DNA of 64,000 nt from the human T2T-CHM13v2.0 reference genome, Homo sapiens: the NCBI RefSeq assembly GCF_009914755.1, contig NC_060928.1, one strand, 5' to 3'. The notes under the pieces were generated by a model. That model was not told the origin of the DNA and did not search any database. It saw only the letters and a list, made by a program, of their open reading frames with translations. Shown here one piece after another: positions 39,091 through 52,000 of the stretch; position 1 is the stretch's first letter; every line of letters starts with the position of its first letter. Both the position numbers and the translations under genes were made by a program.

Positions 39091-39215
39091 GGCTGGGCAC
39101 AGTGGCTCATGTCTGTAATCCCAACACTTTAGGAGGTCGAGGAAGGAGGATTACCTAAAGCCAGGAGTTTGAGACCAGCCTGGGCAAAATGGTGAGACTC
39201 CCATCTCTACAACAA
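39091..39215 (+). mobile_element. FLAM_C / Alu left monomer
   Basis: ggctgggcacagtggctcatgtctgtaatccc...ccatctctacaa. Confidence 0.85.
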
Positions 39216-39495
39216 TTTTTTTTTTTTTTAAAGAGAGAGAAAAAAGGAAATAGAGGCTGAAAGTGGGAAAAAAGAAGGCTTACTTTGGTCACACAGTGGG
39301 AGAGCAGCTGAGACTTGTTTGGGAACTGGCTCAGGTCTGTCTGAACCAAAGAGTTCTCTCCATGTCACCATCTTCCCTGCCATTTCAACCTTTAGAATAC
39401 TAAGGACTAAGGCAGGAATGAGACTGAAAATATGGGCCAAGGATAGTGCAGCAATCCCAATGCCTTCCTGAAATTTCCAATTGAAAATCCTACTC

Positions 39496-39635
39496 TCCAG
39501 GCACTGTGGCTCATGCCTGTTGTCTTGACAGTGTGGGAGACAGAGGCAGAAGGATCAGTTGGGGTCAGGAGTTCACTACCAGCCTGGGCAACATAGCAAC
39601 ACCCTGTCTCTACAAAAAATAAGAAAGAAAAAACA
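39496..39635 (+). mobile_element. FLAM / Alu left monomer
   Basis: ccaggcactgtggctcatgcctgt...cagcctgggcaacatagcaacaccctgtctctacaaaaaa. Confidence 0.8.
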
Positions 39636-39668
39636 AATCCTACCTTCCTTCCACACCACACTTCCTGT

Positions 39669-39785
39669 CCTTCCTTCCTTCCTTTTTTCCTTCCTTCCTT
39701 CCTTCCTCCCTCCCTCCCTCCTTCCCTCCCTTCCTTCCTTCCTTCTTTCCTTCCTTCCTTCCTTCCTTCCTTCCTTCCTTCCTTC
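39669..39785. repeat. (TTCC)n polypyrimidine microsatellite
   Basis: Direct reading; 117 bp of pure pyrimidine. Confidence 0.95.
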
Positions 39786-40224
39786 ATTTTTCCTGGGTCT
39801 TCTTCATGGCATAATCCTGGACCTGGACTCTCCTCTCTTTCTCCACAGTCACTTCCTAGATTATTTTACCCATTTCCAAGGCTCTACATACCATCTCTAC
39901 AGTCTGATAACTTGGAAATTTTTATTTCTTGCAAAGATTTCTGTCTTCCATACTTCAAATCTATGTGTAAAATCATATATTCAACATTTGCCTTTGGATG
40001 ACTCATAGTCGTTTACCCAAATATGGCCCAGATGGAATTTATGACCCATTCCTCGGCCTGCTTCTTTGAGTTTTCTATCAGCAAATGAAGTCCATGCCCC
40101 AAGTTTCTCACACCGGAAACCTTAGGGTGTTTCTTGATGGCGGCCTCCTTCTCATCCCCACATTCAATGAGTCCCCAGATACTGTCTGCTTTACCTCATA
40201 AATCTGTCCAGAACCTGTATTCTT

Positions 40225-41051
40225 TTTATTTTAATGAGATGATTTATTTATTGGGCAACTAATGTGAGCTAGGTACAGCTTTGGTAAAGGTATTTGAACT
40301 GCCTAAAAGCCCAGGCAGGTAGGGATGGTTTTCTCTATTTTCAGGTGAGAAAACAGAGGCTAAGAGAGGTCTGTTACTCTCCCAGCATCACATAGCTATT
40401 CATTCAAGCCTCTTGTTCTTTTCAACACATTTCGATATCTACCCTTGAAGGCCCTCCATAAAGAACTCAGGTCCCAAGTTCTCAAGAAGGTCCTAGTAGT
40501 TCAGAAAGACATTTCTGGAAGCTTCTGGATTAGAAGTAGATGCCAGAGCTGTGCAGGAACTCTAAAAGGGGGTGAGGGACAGGAGGTGGGTGAACAATGG
40601 AGCCTGGAGAATCATCTAGGCAATTCTGACAGTAGTTATTCTTGAAAGAAGAAAAGAATCGGGCTCTGAGGATATTGCAAATATGGAGAATTACTAACAT
40701 TGGCCTGGGCAGCGATGGTTGTCACCTTGTAGAGCAAGACCTGGTTACTGACATGCTGGACAAGTTTCCTAGGGGGAAGAGTGGGGAAGGAAGTACTTAC
40801 ACCTTCCTTGGAATGCTTTCTGGTGTGCGAAGCCAGCTAATAGTCGATAAAAATTAGGGAGGCTGTGAGACTTGTTTCCATTTTAATTGGTCTTGACCCT
40901 TGGCAGTGATAGTCACCCAATCTGTCTCTTAAAATATTTTTTTCTTACGCTTTGCCAGTTTATAGCCTTTATAGATCAATCTTTATATTTCATGTAGGGG
41001 AGAGAGACAGAGAGAAAAAAGCAAGGTTATTGATGACCTAAACTGGATTAG
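40225..41051 (-). other. ~830-bp TSD-flanked polyadenylated insert of unknown origin (orphan retrocopy/transduction), contains a MIR fragment (~40300-40400)
   Basis: Flanked by cagaacctgtattctt at 40209-40224 and 41052-41067; T-rich tail 40223-40232; tttatt (minus-strand AATAAA) at 40243-40252. Confidence 0.65.
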
Positions 41052-41067
41052 CAGAACCTGTATTCTT

Positions 41068-41376
41068 TTTTTTTTTTTTTTTTTTTTTTTTTTCTGAGAC
41101 AGAGTCTCGCTCTGTCACCTAGGCTGGAGTGCAGTGGCACGATCTCAGCTCACTGCAAGCTCCGCTTCCCATGTTCATGCCATTCTCCTGCTTCAGCCTC
41201 CTGAGTAGCTGGGACTATAGGTGCCCGCCAACTCGCCCAGCTAATTTTTTGTATTTTTAGCAGAGATGGGGTCTCACCGTGTTAGTCAGGAAGGTCTTGA
41301 TCTCCCGACCTCGTGATCCACCCACCTTGGCCTCCCAAAGTGGTGGAATTACAGGCGTTAGCCACTGTGCCCGGCC
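41068..41376 (-). mobile_element. AluY-like element
   Basis: Long poly-T, reverse Alu with Y-type diagnostics (ctgcaagctccgc, gccattctcc, caccgtgttag, gacctcgtgatcc); TSD agaacctgtattctt. Confidence 0.95.
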
Positions 41377-42344
41377 AGAACCTGTATTCTTATGCCCACA
41401 TTCATCAGCTTAGTCTAGGCCACTATTATTTCTCACTTTAGTTAGGAGGTATAATAACTTCCTAACTAGACTCTTAACATTCATTTTTGCCCTCTTTCCA
41501 GTATATTCAGCATACAGTAGTCAAAGTAATCCTTTAAAATGTACATTTGATTATGTCAGGCCACTGTCTACAATCTTCTAGTAGCCTCTCATTAGATTTA
41601 GAATCAAGTTTAAAATTATTTCCATATTCTGCAGGGGGATGATATTCAAAATATTTACTCCCCTATACAGCAGAAGCACAAACCAATTAGAACTGATGTT
41701 AATTTCGGTGCTGGAGCAAGATTTGGAGATGGGTGCCTGTGGTGCTGGTGTCACCTCTTTAATCCCAGGGAGTCCAAGGGGCTTCTGAGAAGGGCCACAG
41801 CAGCAGGGAGTCGGGAAGTGTCATCCTATTTGTTGTCAGCATTCAGTTTAGAAAACAAAAATCACCCTAGGTATTTCAAACACAAGGGTAATCAGGAAAT
41901 CTGTTACACAGATGCCTGGATATGAATAACTTCAGGAAGCAGCTACCATTCCTAGGACTGAAGCAATTAAAAGGGAAGAGGTGGGGCCAGAAAGTAGCAA
42001 CTCAGAGGAGAGACTCCTGCCTACTGGTCCTGGCACCTCAGGTGGGACACGGTGGGGCTGGTGATGGGTGTGACAAAAGCGGCACAAGTCTGGAGGAGCT
42101 GCCGTGTGCTGTGGGAGTGACAGGAACTGATATTTTTGCACTCTGTACATCCAGCCCATTGTATATTAGCTGACTGGTAGCCCTGCCTCCAAGGATGCCT
42201 TGGCCTGCCTCCTCCAGCCCCTTCTGTCTCCTTTTACTGCACAACCTCCCTTGCTCATTGTGCTCCAGTCACACTGGCTTCTTTTCATGTCCTTGGACAG
42301 GTGAAGCTCTTCCTGCCTCCAGTCTGTCACTCTCATTGTGTACT

Positions 42345-42870
42345 CTGTCTTCTGTTTACCTATTGCTATATAAATGACCACCCCAAACTTAGTGTTGGAA
42401 AACAACTGTAATCATTTATTTTGTTCACGCAGCTGCAATTCGCAGGGATTGGAGGGAAGGCTCGTCTGCTCCATGCAGCATCACCTAGGGTGGACTGACT
42501 AAGGGTCACAGCATCCCCTCAAGGCAGTTCCCTCATGTGGCTAAAAATCTGCTGCTGTCAACTCAGCCACGGCTTAGGCCTGGGGTCTCAGTTCATTCCA
42601 CAGGGGCCTGTCCATGTGGCTGGGTTCCGAGGGTGAGCTTCTAGGAGAGGAGGCTGATTGGAAGCTGCATCACCTTTTATGACCTACCTCCAAAGTTAAA
42701 CGACATCATTTCAAATATGCTTTCTTGGTTAAAGCAGTCACAAAGATCTGTCCAGGGACAGAAGGAAGGGACATGGACTCTGGCACTTGATGGAGGAGGG
42801 GCAGGTTCCAGAAGGGCATGTGGGGCAGACTATGGTTGTGACTAGTTTTGGAAAATACAATCTGCCACTC
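42345..42870 (-). mobile_element. MLT1 LTR inserted in an L2 remnant (L2 at ~42190-42345 and ~42880-43175)
   Basis: tattgcta..aaatgaccaccccaaacttagtg..ggaagctgcatcaccttttatgaccta..ttggaaaatacaatctgccac. Confidence 0.7.
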
Positions 42871-43581
42871 TTTTTTTAACTAGTCATTTCTGAGAGTCTA
42901 GTTTAAACTTCACCCATTTCTCTAGGTTAGGTACCCCAGACACAAATACAATCAAGGCATTCCTCTCCTCCTTTGTGGCTCTTATCATAATTTCACAATA
43001 TACAGTAATTTATGTAACATTTTTGTTTATTGTCTTTTGTTTCTTGTCTGTCTTTACTTTAGACTGGAAGCTTCTGAATCTAAAACCATGTCTTCCTTAT
43101 TTGGCCCTAATCTGCAGTACTTGTTTCATCACCTGGCATGCAGCAAGTGCTAAATAAAATCTCACTGAATGAATACTGTAATAAATGTTGAGCAAAATCT
43201 GCCCCCTCCCCTCCAAACAAATCATGAATTCAAGTCGTATTTGGTCATAACTTCATCACGAACTCATGCATTAAATGACCGCAAATAGAAAGGAATGGTA
43301 ACACAAATTTCAGTTATGACTTTGTAAATAGCTAAAAATTTCTTGACTTAATTTCACTGTTGTTGATAGATGTTCAGTACAGAAAACCATATATTCATGT
43401 GGGCATTCCTCCCAAAAAAAGCTCTTTTCAAACCAGAGAGAAGTTTCATTTGAGAGGCTGTTGGCCCAAACAGCCTGATTATCACTCACAGGGCTGATAT
43501 AGTAATCTTCAGCCAGGGGGAGTCTGGCAATATCACAGAAAGGACAATTTCTCTCCTTGACTTGTAAACTGTTCACCTTCA

Positions 43582-43907
43582 GGCTGAGTGTGGTGGCTCA
43601 GGTCTATAATTTCTGCACTTTGGAAGGCTGAGGTAGGAGAATCGTTAGAGTCTAGGAGTTCAAAACCAGCCTAGTGAGACAACATAATGCAACATAGTGA
43701 GACCCCATCTCTAAAAATTTTTTTAAAAAATTAGCCAAGCATGGTGGTGCATGCCTGTAGTCTCCACTAATTGGGAGGTTGAGGTGGGAGGATTGCTTGA
43801 GCCTGAGGATTGCTCGAGGCTGCAGTGAGCCATAATTGCGCCACTAAGCTTCAGCCCAGGCAACAGAGGGAGACATTGTCTCAAATAAAATAGAATAAAA
43901 TAAAATA
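43582..43907 (+). mobile_element. AluJ element
   Basis: Diverged Alu dimer with (taaaa)n tail. Confidence 0.9.
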
Positions 43908-44124
43908 ATTAAATTGTTCACTTTTGGTCAGAGACTTTGAACATCAAATCAAATAAAAATATTAGTAATTTATTCAAACTCAGAATCCTAAGATGTTAGA
44001 GAAGCCACTGCTGTCGTTTATGAGGTGGGGGCAGGGATGAGACGGAGGAACTGGTGGAATGGAGAAGGGGGTTCGGGTGGGGTTCTGGGTGGAATATTAA
44101 TACTGGTTAAGGACAAGCTTCCTC

Positions 44125-44290
44125 CCAGGTGCTTTACATGTGTGATTTCATCTCAACCTTACCATAGTCCTGTGAGGTAGGTAGGGCCATCCCCATGTGA
44201 AAGATGAGAAGATCAAGGGTGCAAGTGGTTCAATACTGCGCCCACAGTGACACAGTTCACAAATGGATGTGTTAGGATTCCTTCTTCAGT
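44125..44290 (-). mobile_element. MIR fragment
   Basis: gtgctttacatgtgtgatttca..cctgtgaggtaggt..atccccat..agatgagaa. Confidence 0.65.
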
Positions 44291-44636
44291 TCTCAGTGGT
44301 TCCCCAGCCCACATAATTCCTACTGCACCAAAAATGCAGGTTCAATTTAAGAGATGTCAACAAGCTGTTTTTGGGGGCTCTCAGGTACACCAAGAACTGA
44401 GCAAACAGTGGCCTAATAGGGACCACATATACTTCCTCCATTTGCTGATATGGGTTTGATATGGGCCCAGTTCTTCCAAATCCTAAAATTATAAGAAAAT
44501 AGGGATATCAGTGGCAGAATAAATTGGTATATTTCAGAATGTCAATTTTCCAAAATGTAGTAAGAGACTCAAAAATCTTTTTATCCTAGAATTCCACAAT
44601 TCTTCAAGGAAAATATATAATCAAGATCATGCACGA

Positions 44637-44910
44637 AGCCAGGTGCAGTGGCTCATTCATGTAATCCCAGCACTTTGGGAGGCCTAGGTGAGGGGAATGC
44701 TTGAGGCCAGGTGTTTGAGACCAGCCTGGGAAACGTAGTAAACCCCATCTCTACAAAAAATAAAAATTAGCCTGGTGCGGTGGCATGTGTCCATAGTCCC
44801 AGCTACTCGGAAGGCTAAAGTGAATGTATTGCTTGAGCCCAGTTCGAGGTTGTTGAATTCCAGATAAGGATGGCCATTGTAGTTATACCTACAAAATAAA
44901 AAAGAAAAAA
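44637..44910 (+). mobile_element. AluJ (right arm disrupted) within an L1ME remnant
   Basis: Alu left arm and partial right arm to ~44852. Confidence 0.8.
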
Positions 44911-45721
44911 GGAAGGCAGGAAATCCAGTAAGGGATTTAAAAAACTGTGGTATTTTTATATAATGGAATGTTATGCAGCCTTTACAAATCACTCTTTGGA
45001 AAAAACATATAACATAATAACAAGGAAATGCTGAAGATATATTTTTAAAGTGCAAAGAAAAAGCATATACTCTTATTCAAGCTTGGCTACTTTATCCTTC
45101 CCTTGCTACCCCACAGTAGAGCTAAGATACAGCTCTAGCATTTGACTGGACCATATTATAGGTTTAGGGAAAATGAAAAATACAAACAGAAAGAGTAATA
45201 AGAACTAGAAAGGCTGGCCTGTGAATCGCAGGTTATTCATATTCAGCTGTGACTCCATAAGGAGATGCCTCTTTCTCTGACCCTGGTGATGGGCAAGGGG
45301 CATGGTTAAGCCTCTGATAGGAGAGTATCTTTGGGAGTGAGAAATAACCAAGTCTCCTCATCTGCCCAAAAGGCCCATATTCCAAGTTTCAGCCTCCTGT
45401 CTGCCCACCTACCTCTTCCTGAATTATCAATACAGGGAACACCCAGCTTGTCTGGAGAGGACCACAGGACTATAGATTGGAGGTGCCAAGAGATCAAACA
45501 GCATCAGAATGGGCACATGAAATACAAAAACTACTTTTAGTATATACCAATATAAAAATCTTGTTTCCCCCAGGTAAATGGAAGGAAGCATCAAATCAAA
45601 CAAATCAAGACTATAATCTGAAAGGCTAGAGCTTTGAATTGTGTTGATTTCTAAAAGAATGGCTTGTTAGCTCAAAGTAGCAAATAATTAATGGAAATTC
45701 TGTGTCCTCCCTTAAGAGTCT

Positions 45722-46057
45722 AGACCAGCACTAGTCCAATAGAAATATAATAAAAGCACCTATATAATTTAAATTTTTTTAGTAGGCACATTTAAAAAGT
45801 AAAAAGAAACAGGTGAAACAAATTTTGTATTATATGCAATTAATAACATGTTATTTAACCCAACATATCAAAAATATCACGTTATCATATAACATAATGA
45901 ATTATTAATGAGATATTTTATATTCCTTTTTGGCATCAAGTCTTGGAAATCTGGAGTGCATCTTACATTTATAACGTATCTTAATTTGGACTGGCCACAT
46001 TTCAAGTGCTTGGTAACCTTGTGGGGCTGTGGCTACATGTTGAATACCAGGTCTGGA
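45722..46057. mobile_element. MER33 hAT-Charlie element
   Basis: gtccaatagaaatataat..taatttaaatttt..cacatttaaaaagtaaaaagaaacaggtgaa..gccacatttcaagtgct..gtggctac. Confidence 0.8.
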
Positions 46058-46089
46058 CTCTAAAATAAACCTAAATAGAAATTGGAACT

Positions 46090-49000
46090 AGAGGATCATG
46101 GCGGATGGGAGGCAGGACTAGATTGCACCTCTGGAGAGAGCAGCGTGTGGAGGCTTGCATTGTGAATTTTAGCTCCGGATTGACTGCAAGAACAAACCAG
46201 CAATCCCGAGAGGACCCACAGACCCTCTGAAAGAGGTGGACTACTCCTGCAGGACCGGGGAGACACTCCAAATACTGTGAGTGCCCCAACTGCAGAAGTG
46301 GGAAAGGTAGACCCTCTTCTCCCGAAAGCACACCCCCATTGGAGAAGCTGAAAGTTTGTTTGCGGGAGAAGTTTCCGACTTTACCTGGAACTGAGTCAAG
46401 TTAGACAGCTGAGCAAAATACAGGGGTAGAGGAAGCAGCAGAAAAGCCCTGGGAGCTCGCTGGGTCCCCAAGCAGCCAATTCCTGACTGGCACCACAGGG
46501 ATCCATAGGTAGGGCGGCCAGAGGGGCAGGTGGTAAAACTCCACAGGGAGAAAGAATTCTCTAGCTGAACTTTGTAACAATTGGAACGGGCGGGAAGCCT
46601 CCTGGCCAGAACTCGGGGGAGGGTGCAAATCTGGAGTACAGACTTCATAGGCAGGGGAAGAACTTAAGCCCTTTTTTTCCCCCACAGCTTGGAGACAGAT
46701 AGCCTCAGGCAAGTTTTCAAGCCCTTCTCGCCCTCTACCTGGAAATATACTCAGGGATACTGGTTGGGGGTCACGGTGGAAGTAATACTGGCCGTTCAGT
46801 TTGCATGGGAGCTGGGTGAGGCCTGTGACTGCTGGCTTTACCCTGCTTCCCTGACAACCTGCAAGACTCAGCAGAGGCAGCCATAATCCTCCTAGGTACA
46901 CAACTCCAGTGACCTGAGAATCTCACCTCCATCCCTGACAGCAGGTGCAACAAGATCCACCCAAGGAGAGTCTGAGCTCAGACACACCTAGCCCTGCCCC
47001 AACCTGATGGTACTTCCCTATACACCCTAGTAGTGTAAGACAAAGGGCATGTAATCTTGGGAATCTAGGGCCCAGCTCACCGCCGGTTCCTCTTCACACT
47101 ACTGCAGTTAATGCTTTCTGGAAAGCACCACCTCCTGGCAGGAGGCCAACCAGCACAAAAATAGAGCATTAAACCACCGAAGCTAAGGACCCTCTCAGAG
47201 TTCATTGCACCCTCCAACACCTCCACTGGAACAGGTGCTGGTATCCATGACTGAGAGACCCATAGATGGTTCACATCACTGGATTCTGTGCAGACAACCC
47301 TTGGTACCAGCCTAGAGCCAGGTAGAGTCGCTGGGTGGCTAGATTCAGAAGAGAGACAACAGTCACTGAAGTTCGGCTCACAGGAAGCCACATCCATAGG
47401 AAAAGGGGAGAGTACTACATCAAAGGAACACCCCGTGGGACAAAAGAATCTGAACAACAGCCTTCAGCCTTAGACCTTCCCTCTGACAGAGCCTACCCAA
47501 ATGAGAATGAATCAGAAAACCAACCCTGGTAATATGACAAAACAAGGCTCTACAACACCCCCAAATAATCACACTAGTTCACCAGCAATGGATCCAAACC
47601 AAGAAGAAATTTCTGATTTACCTGAAAAAGAATTCAGGAGGTTAGTTATTAGGGTGATCAGGGAGGGATCGGAGAAAGACAAAGCACGATGCAAGGAAAT
47701 CCAAGAATAATAGAAGAAGTGACGGGAGATATATTCAAGGAAATAGATAGCTTAAAGAAAAAACAATCATAAATTCAGGAAACTTTGGACATACTTTTAG
47801 AAATGCGAAATGCTGTGGAAAGTCTCAGCAATAGAATTGAACAAGTAGAAGAAAGAAATTCAGAGCTCAAAGACAAAGTCTTTGAATTAACCCAATCCAA
47901 CAAAGACAAAGAAAAAAATAATAAGAAAATATGAACAAAGGCTCCAAGAAGTCTGGGATTATGTTAAACAACCAAACCTAAGAATAATCAATGTTCCTGA
48001 AAAAGAAGAGAATTCTAAAAGCCTACAAAATATATCTGGGGGACTAATTGAGGAAAACTTCCCTGGCCTTGTGAGAGACCTAGACAACCAAATAAAAGAA
48101 GCACAAAGAACACCTGGGAAATTGACTGCAAAAAGATCTTCACCTAGGTACATTGTCATAAGGTTATCCAAAGTTAAGATGAAGGAAAGAATCTTAAGAG
48201 CTGTGAGACAGAAGCACCAGGTAACCTATAAAGGTACATCTATCAAATTAACAGCAGAGTTCTCAGCAGAAACCCTACAAGCTAGAAGGGATTCGGGGCC
48301 TATCTTCAGCCTCCTCAAACAAAACAATTATCAGCCAAGAATCTTGTATCCAGTGAAACTAAGCATCATATATGAAGGAAAGATACAGGTCTTTTCAGAC
48401 AAACAAATGATGAGAGAATTTGCCATTACCGCCACTACAAGAACTGCAAAAAGGAGCCCTAAATCTTGAAACAAATCCTGGAAACACATGAAAACAGAAC
48501 CTCTTTAAAGCATAAATCACACAGGACCTATGAAACAAAAATACAAGTTATAAAGCAAAAGCCAAAAACAAAAAAACAAAAGTACACACATAACAAACTT
48601 TAAAGCAACAATGGTAAAAAGAGACAAAGAGGGACATTATATAATGATAAAAGGCCTTGTCCAATAGGAAAATGTCACAATCCTAAACATATATGCACCT
48701 AACACTGGAGATCCCAAATTTATAAAACAATTACTAACAGACCTAAGAAATGAGATAGAGAGCAATATAATAGTAGGGGACTTCAATACTCCACTGACAG
48801 CACTAGACAGGTCATCAAGACAGAAAGTTAACAAAGAAACATTGGATTGTTTCTTGGAGCAAATGGACCTAACAAATATATACAGAACATTTTATCCAAC
48901 AACCACAGAGTACACATTCAACAGCACATGGAACTTTCTCCAAGATAGACCATATGATAGGCCATAAAATGAGCCTCGATAAATTTAAGAAAATTGAAAA

Positions 49001-52000
49001 TATATCAAGCACTCTCTCGGACCACAGTGAAATAAAACTGGAAATCAATTCCAAAAGAAACCTTCAAAACCATCCAAATACATGGAAATTAAATAACCTG
49101 CTCCTGAATGAGCATTGGGTCGAAAACAAAATCAAGGTAGAAATTAAAAAATTCTTTGAACTGAATGATAATAATGACATAACCTATCAAAACCTCTAGG
49201 ATACAGCAAAGGCAGTGCTAAGAGGAAAGTTCAAAGCAGTAAATGCCTACATCAAAAAGTCTGAAAGAGCACAAACTGACAATCTAAGGTCACACCTCAA
49301 GGAATTAGAGAAACAAAAACAAACCAAACCCAAACCCAGCAGAAGAAAGGAAATAACAAAGGTCAGAGCAGAACTAAATGAAATTGAAACAAACAAAAAC
49401 ACACAAATAATAAATGAGACAAAAACTGGTTTTTTGAAAAGATAAATTAAATAGATAGACCATTAGCAAGATTAACCAAGAAAAGAAGAGAGAAAATCCA
49501 AATAACCTCACTAAGAAATTAAACAGGCGATATTACAAGTGACACTACTGAAATATAAAAGATAATGCAAGGCTATAATGAACACCTTTACACATATAAA
49601 CTAGAAAACCTAGAAGAGATAGATAGATTCTTGTAAAAATACAACCCTCCTAGCCTAAATCAGGAAGCACTGGATATCCTGAACAGACCAATAACAAGCA
49701 GCAAGACTGGAATGGTAATTAAGAAATTACCAACCAAAAAAATGTCCGGGACCAGATGGATTCACAGCAGAATCCTAACAGACATTCAGAGAAGAATTGG
49801 TACCAATCCTTTTGACACTATTCCACAAGATAGAGAAAGAAGGAACCCTTCCTAATTCATTCTGTGAAGCCAACATCACCCTAATACCAAAACCAGAAAA
49901 GGACACGTCCAAGAAAGAAAGCTACAGGCTGAAATCCTTGATGAACATAGATGCTAAAATCCTTAACAAAATACTAGCTACCTCAATCCAACAACATATC
50001 AAAAAGATAATCCACTATGATCAAGTGGGTTTCATACCAGGGATGCAGGATCGTTTAACATATGCAAGTCAATAAATGTGATAACATCACATAAACAGAA
50101 TTAAAAACAAAAATCACATGATCCTCTCAATAGATGCAGAAAAAACATTTGACAAAATCCAGTATTGCTTTATGATTAAAACTCTCAGCAAAATTGGCAT
50201 ACAACAGACATGCCTTAATGTAATAAAAAAAAGCCATCTATGACAAACCCACATCCAACATAATACTGAATGAGGAAAAGTTGAAAGCATTCCCTTTGAG
50301 AACTGGAACAAGACAAGAATGCCCACTCTCACCACTCCTCTTCACCATAGTACTGGAAGTTCTAGCCAGAGCAATCAGACAAGAGAAAGAAATAAAGGTC
50401 AGCTAAATCGATAAAGAGGAAGTCAAATTGTCACTGTTTGCTGATGATATGATCGTCTATCTTGAAAACCCTAATGACTCCTCCAGAAAGCTCTTAGAAC
50501 TGATAAAAGAATTCAGCAAATTTTCCAGATACAAGATTAACGTATGCAAATCAGTAGCTCTTCTATACATCAACAGCTACCAAGTGGAGAATCAAATCAA
50601 GAACTCAACTCCTTTTACAATAGCTGAAAAAAATGAAATACTTAGGAATACACCTAACCAAGGAGGTGAAAGACCTCTATAAGGAAAACTACAAAACAAT
50701 GTGAAAGAAATCATAGAAGACAGAAACAAATGGAAACACATCCCATGCTCATGATGAGCTGAATCAATATTGTGAAAATGACCATAGTGCCAAAAGCAGT
50801 CTACAAATTCAATGCAATCCTCATCAGGATACCTCCAATCATTCTTCACAGAATTAGAAAAAAACAATTCTAAAGCTCATATGGAACCGAAAAAGAGCCT
50901 GCATAGCCAAAGCAAGACTAAACAAAAAGAACAAATCTGGAGCATCACACTTCCTGATTTCAAACTTTACTATAAAGCCATAGTCACCAAAACAGTGTGC
51001 TACTGGTACAAAAATAGGCACATAGAACAATGGAACAGTATAGAGAACCCAAAAATAAACCCAAATACTTACAGCCAACTGATCTTTGACAAAGCAAACA
51101 GAAACATAAAGTGGGGAAATGACTACCCTTTTCAACAAATGGTGCTGGGATAATTGGCTAGCCACATGTAAGAGAATAAAACTGGATCCTCATCTCTCAC
51201 CTTACATAAAAATCAACTCAAGATGGATTAAGGACTTAAACTGAAGACCTGAAATTATAAAAATTCTAGAAGATAACATTGGAAAATTCCTTCTAGACAT
51301 TGGCTTGGGCAAGGATTTCATGACTAAGAACCCAAAAGCAAATGCAATAAAACAAAGACAAATAGCTGGGACCTAATTAAACTAAAGAGCTTTTGCATGA
51401 TAAAAGGAACAGTCAGCAGAGTAAACATACAACCCACAGAGTGGGAGAAAATCTTCACAATCTATACATCTAGTAGAGGACTAATATCCAGAATCTACAA
51501 CAAACTCAAACAAATCCACAAGATAAAAACAAACAATCCCATCAAAAAGTGGGCTAAGAACATGCATAGACAATTCTCAAAACAAAATATACAAATGACC
51601 AACAAACATATGAAAAAATGCTCAACATCACTAATGATCAGGGAAATGCAAATCAAAACCACAAGGCAATACCACCTTACTCCTGAAAGAATAGCCATAA
51701 TAAAAAATAAAAAAATAGTTGATGTTGCCATGGATATGGTGAACATGGAACACTTCTACACTGCTGGTGGGCATGTAAACTACTACAACCACTATGGAAA
51801 ATGGGGTGGAGATTCCTTAAAGAACTAAAAGTAGAACTACCATTTGATCTAGCAATCCCACTAATGGGTATCTACCCAGAGGAAAAGAAGTCTTCATATG
51901 AAAAAGATACTTGCATACGCATGTGTATAGTAGCAGAATTCACAATCGCAAAAATGTGGAACCAAACCAAATGCCCATCAATCAACGAGTGGATAAACTG

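Larger units (their letters stand above)
39800..41630 (+). mobile_element. L2 remnant interrupted at 40225-41375 by a composite insertion
   Basis: L2 motifs (ggaaaccttagggtgtttcttga..ccccacattcaat..ctttacctc) up to 40224 resume at 41376 (ctaggcccactattatttctcac..aacttcctaact..atttgattatgtca). Confidence 0.65.

Noticed and set aside
39407-40008. ORFs with KEGR / PSFL repeats
   Set aside because: Translation of the (TTCC)n microsatellite and adjacent Alu monomer.
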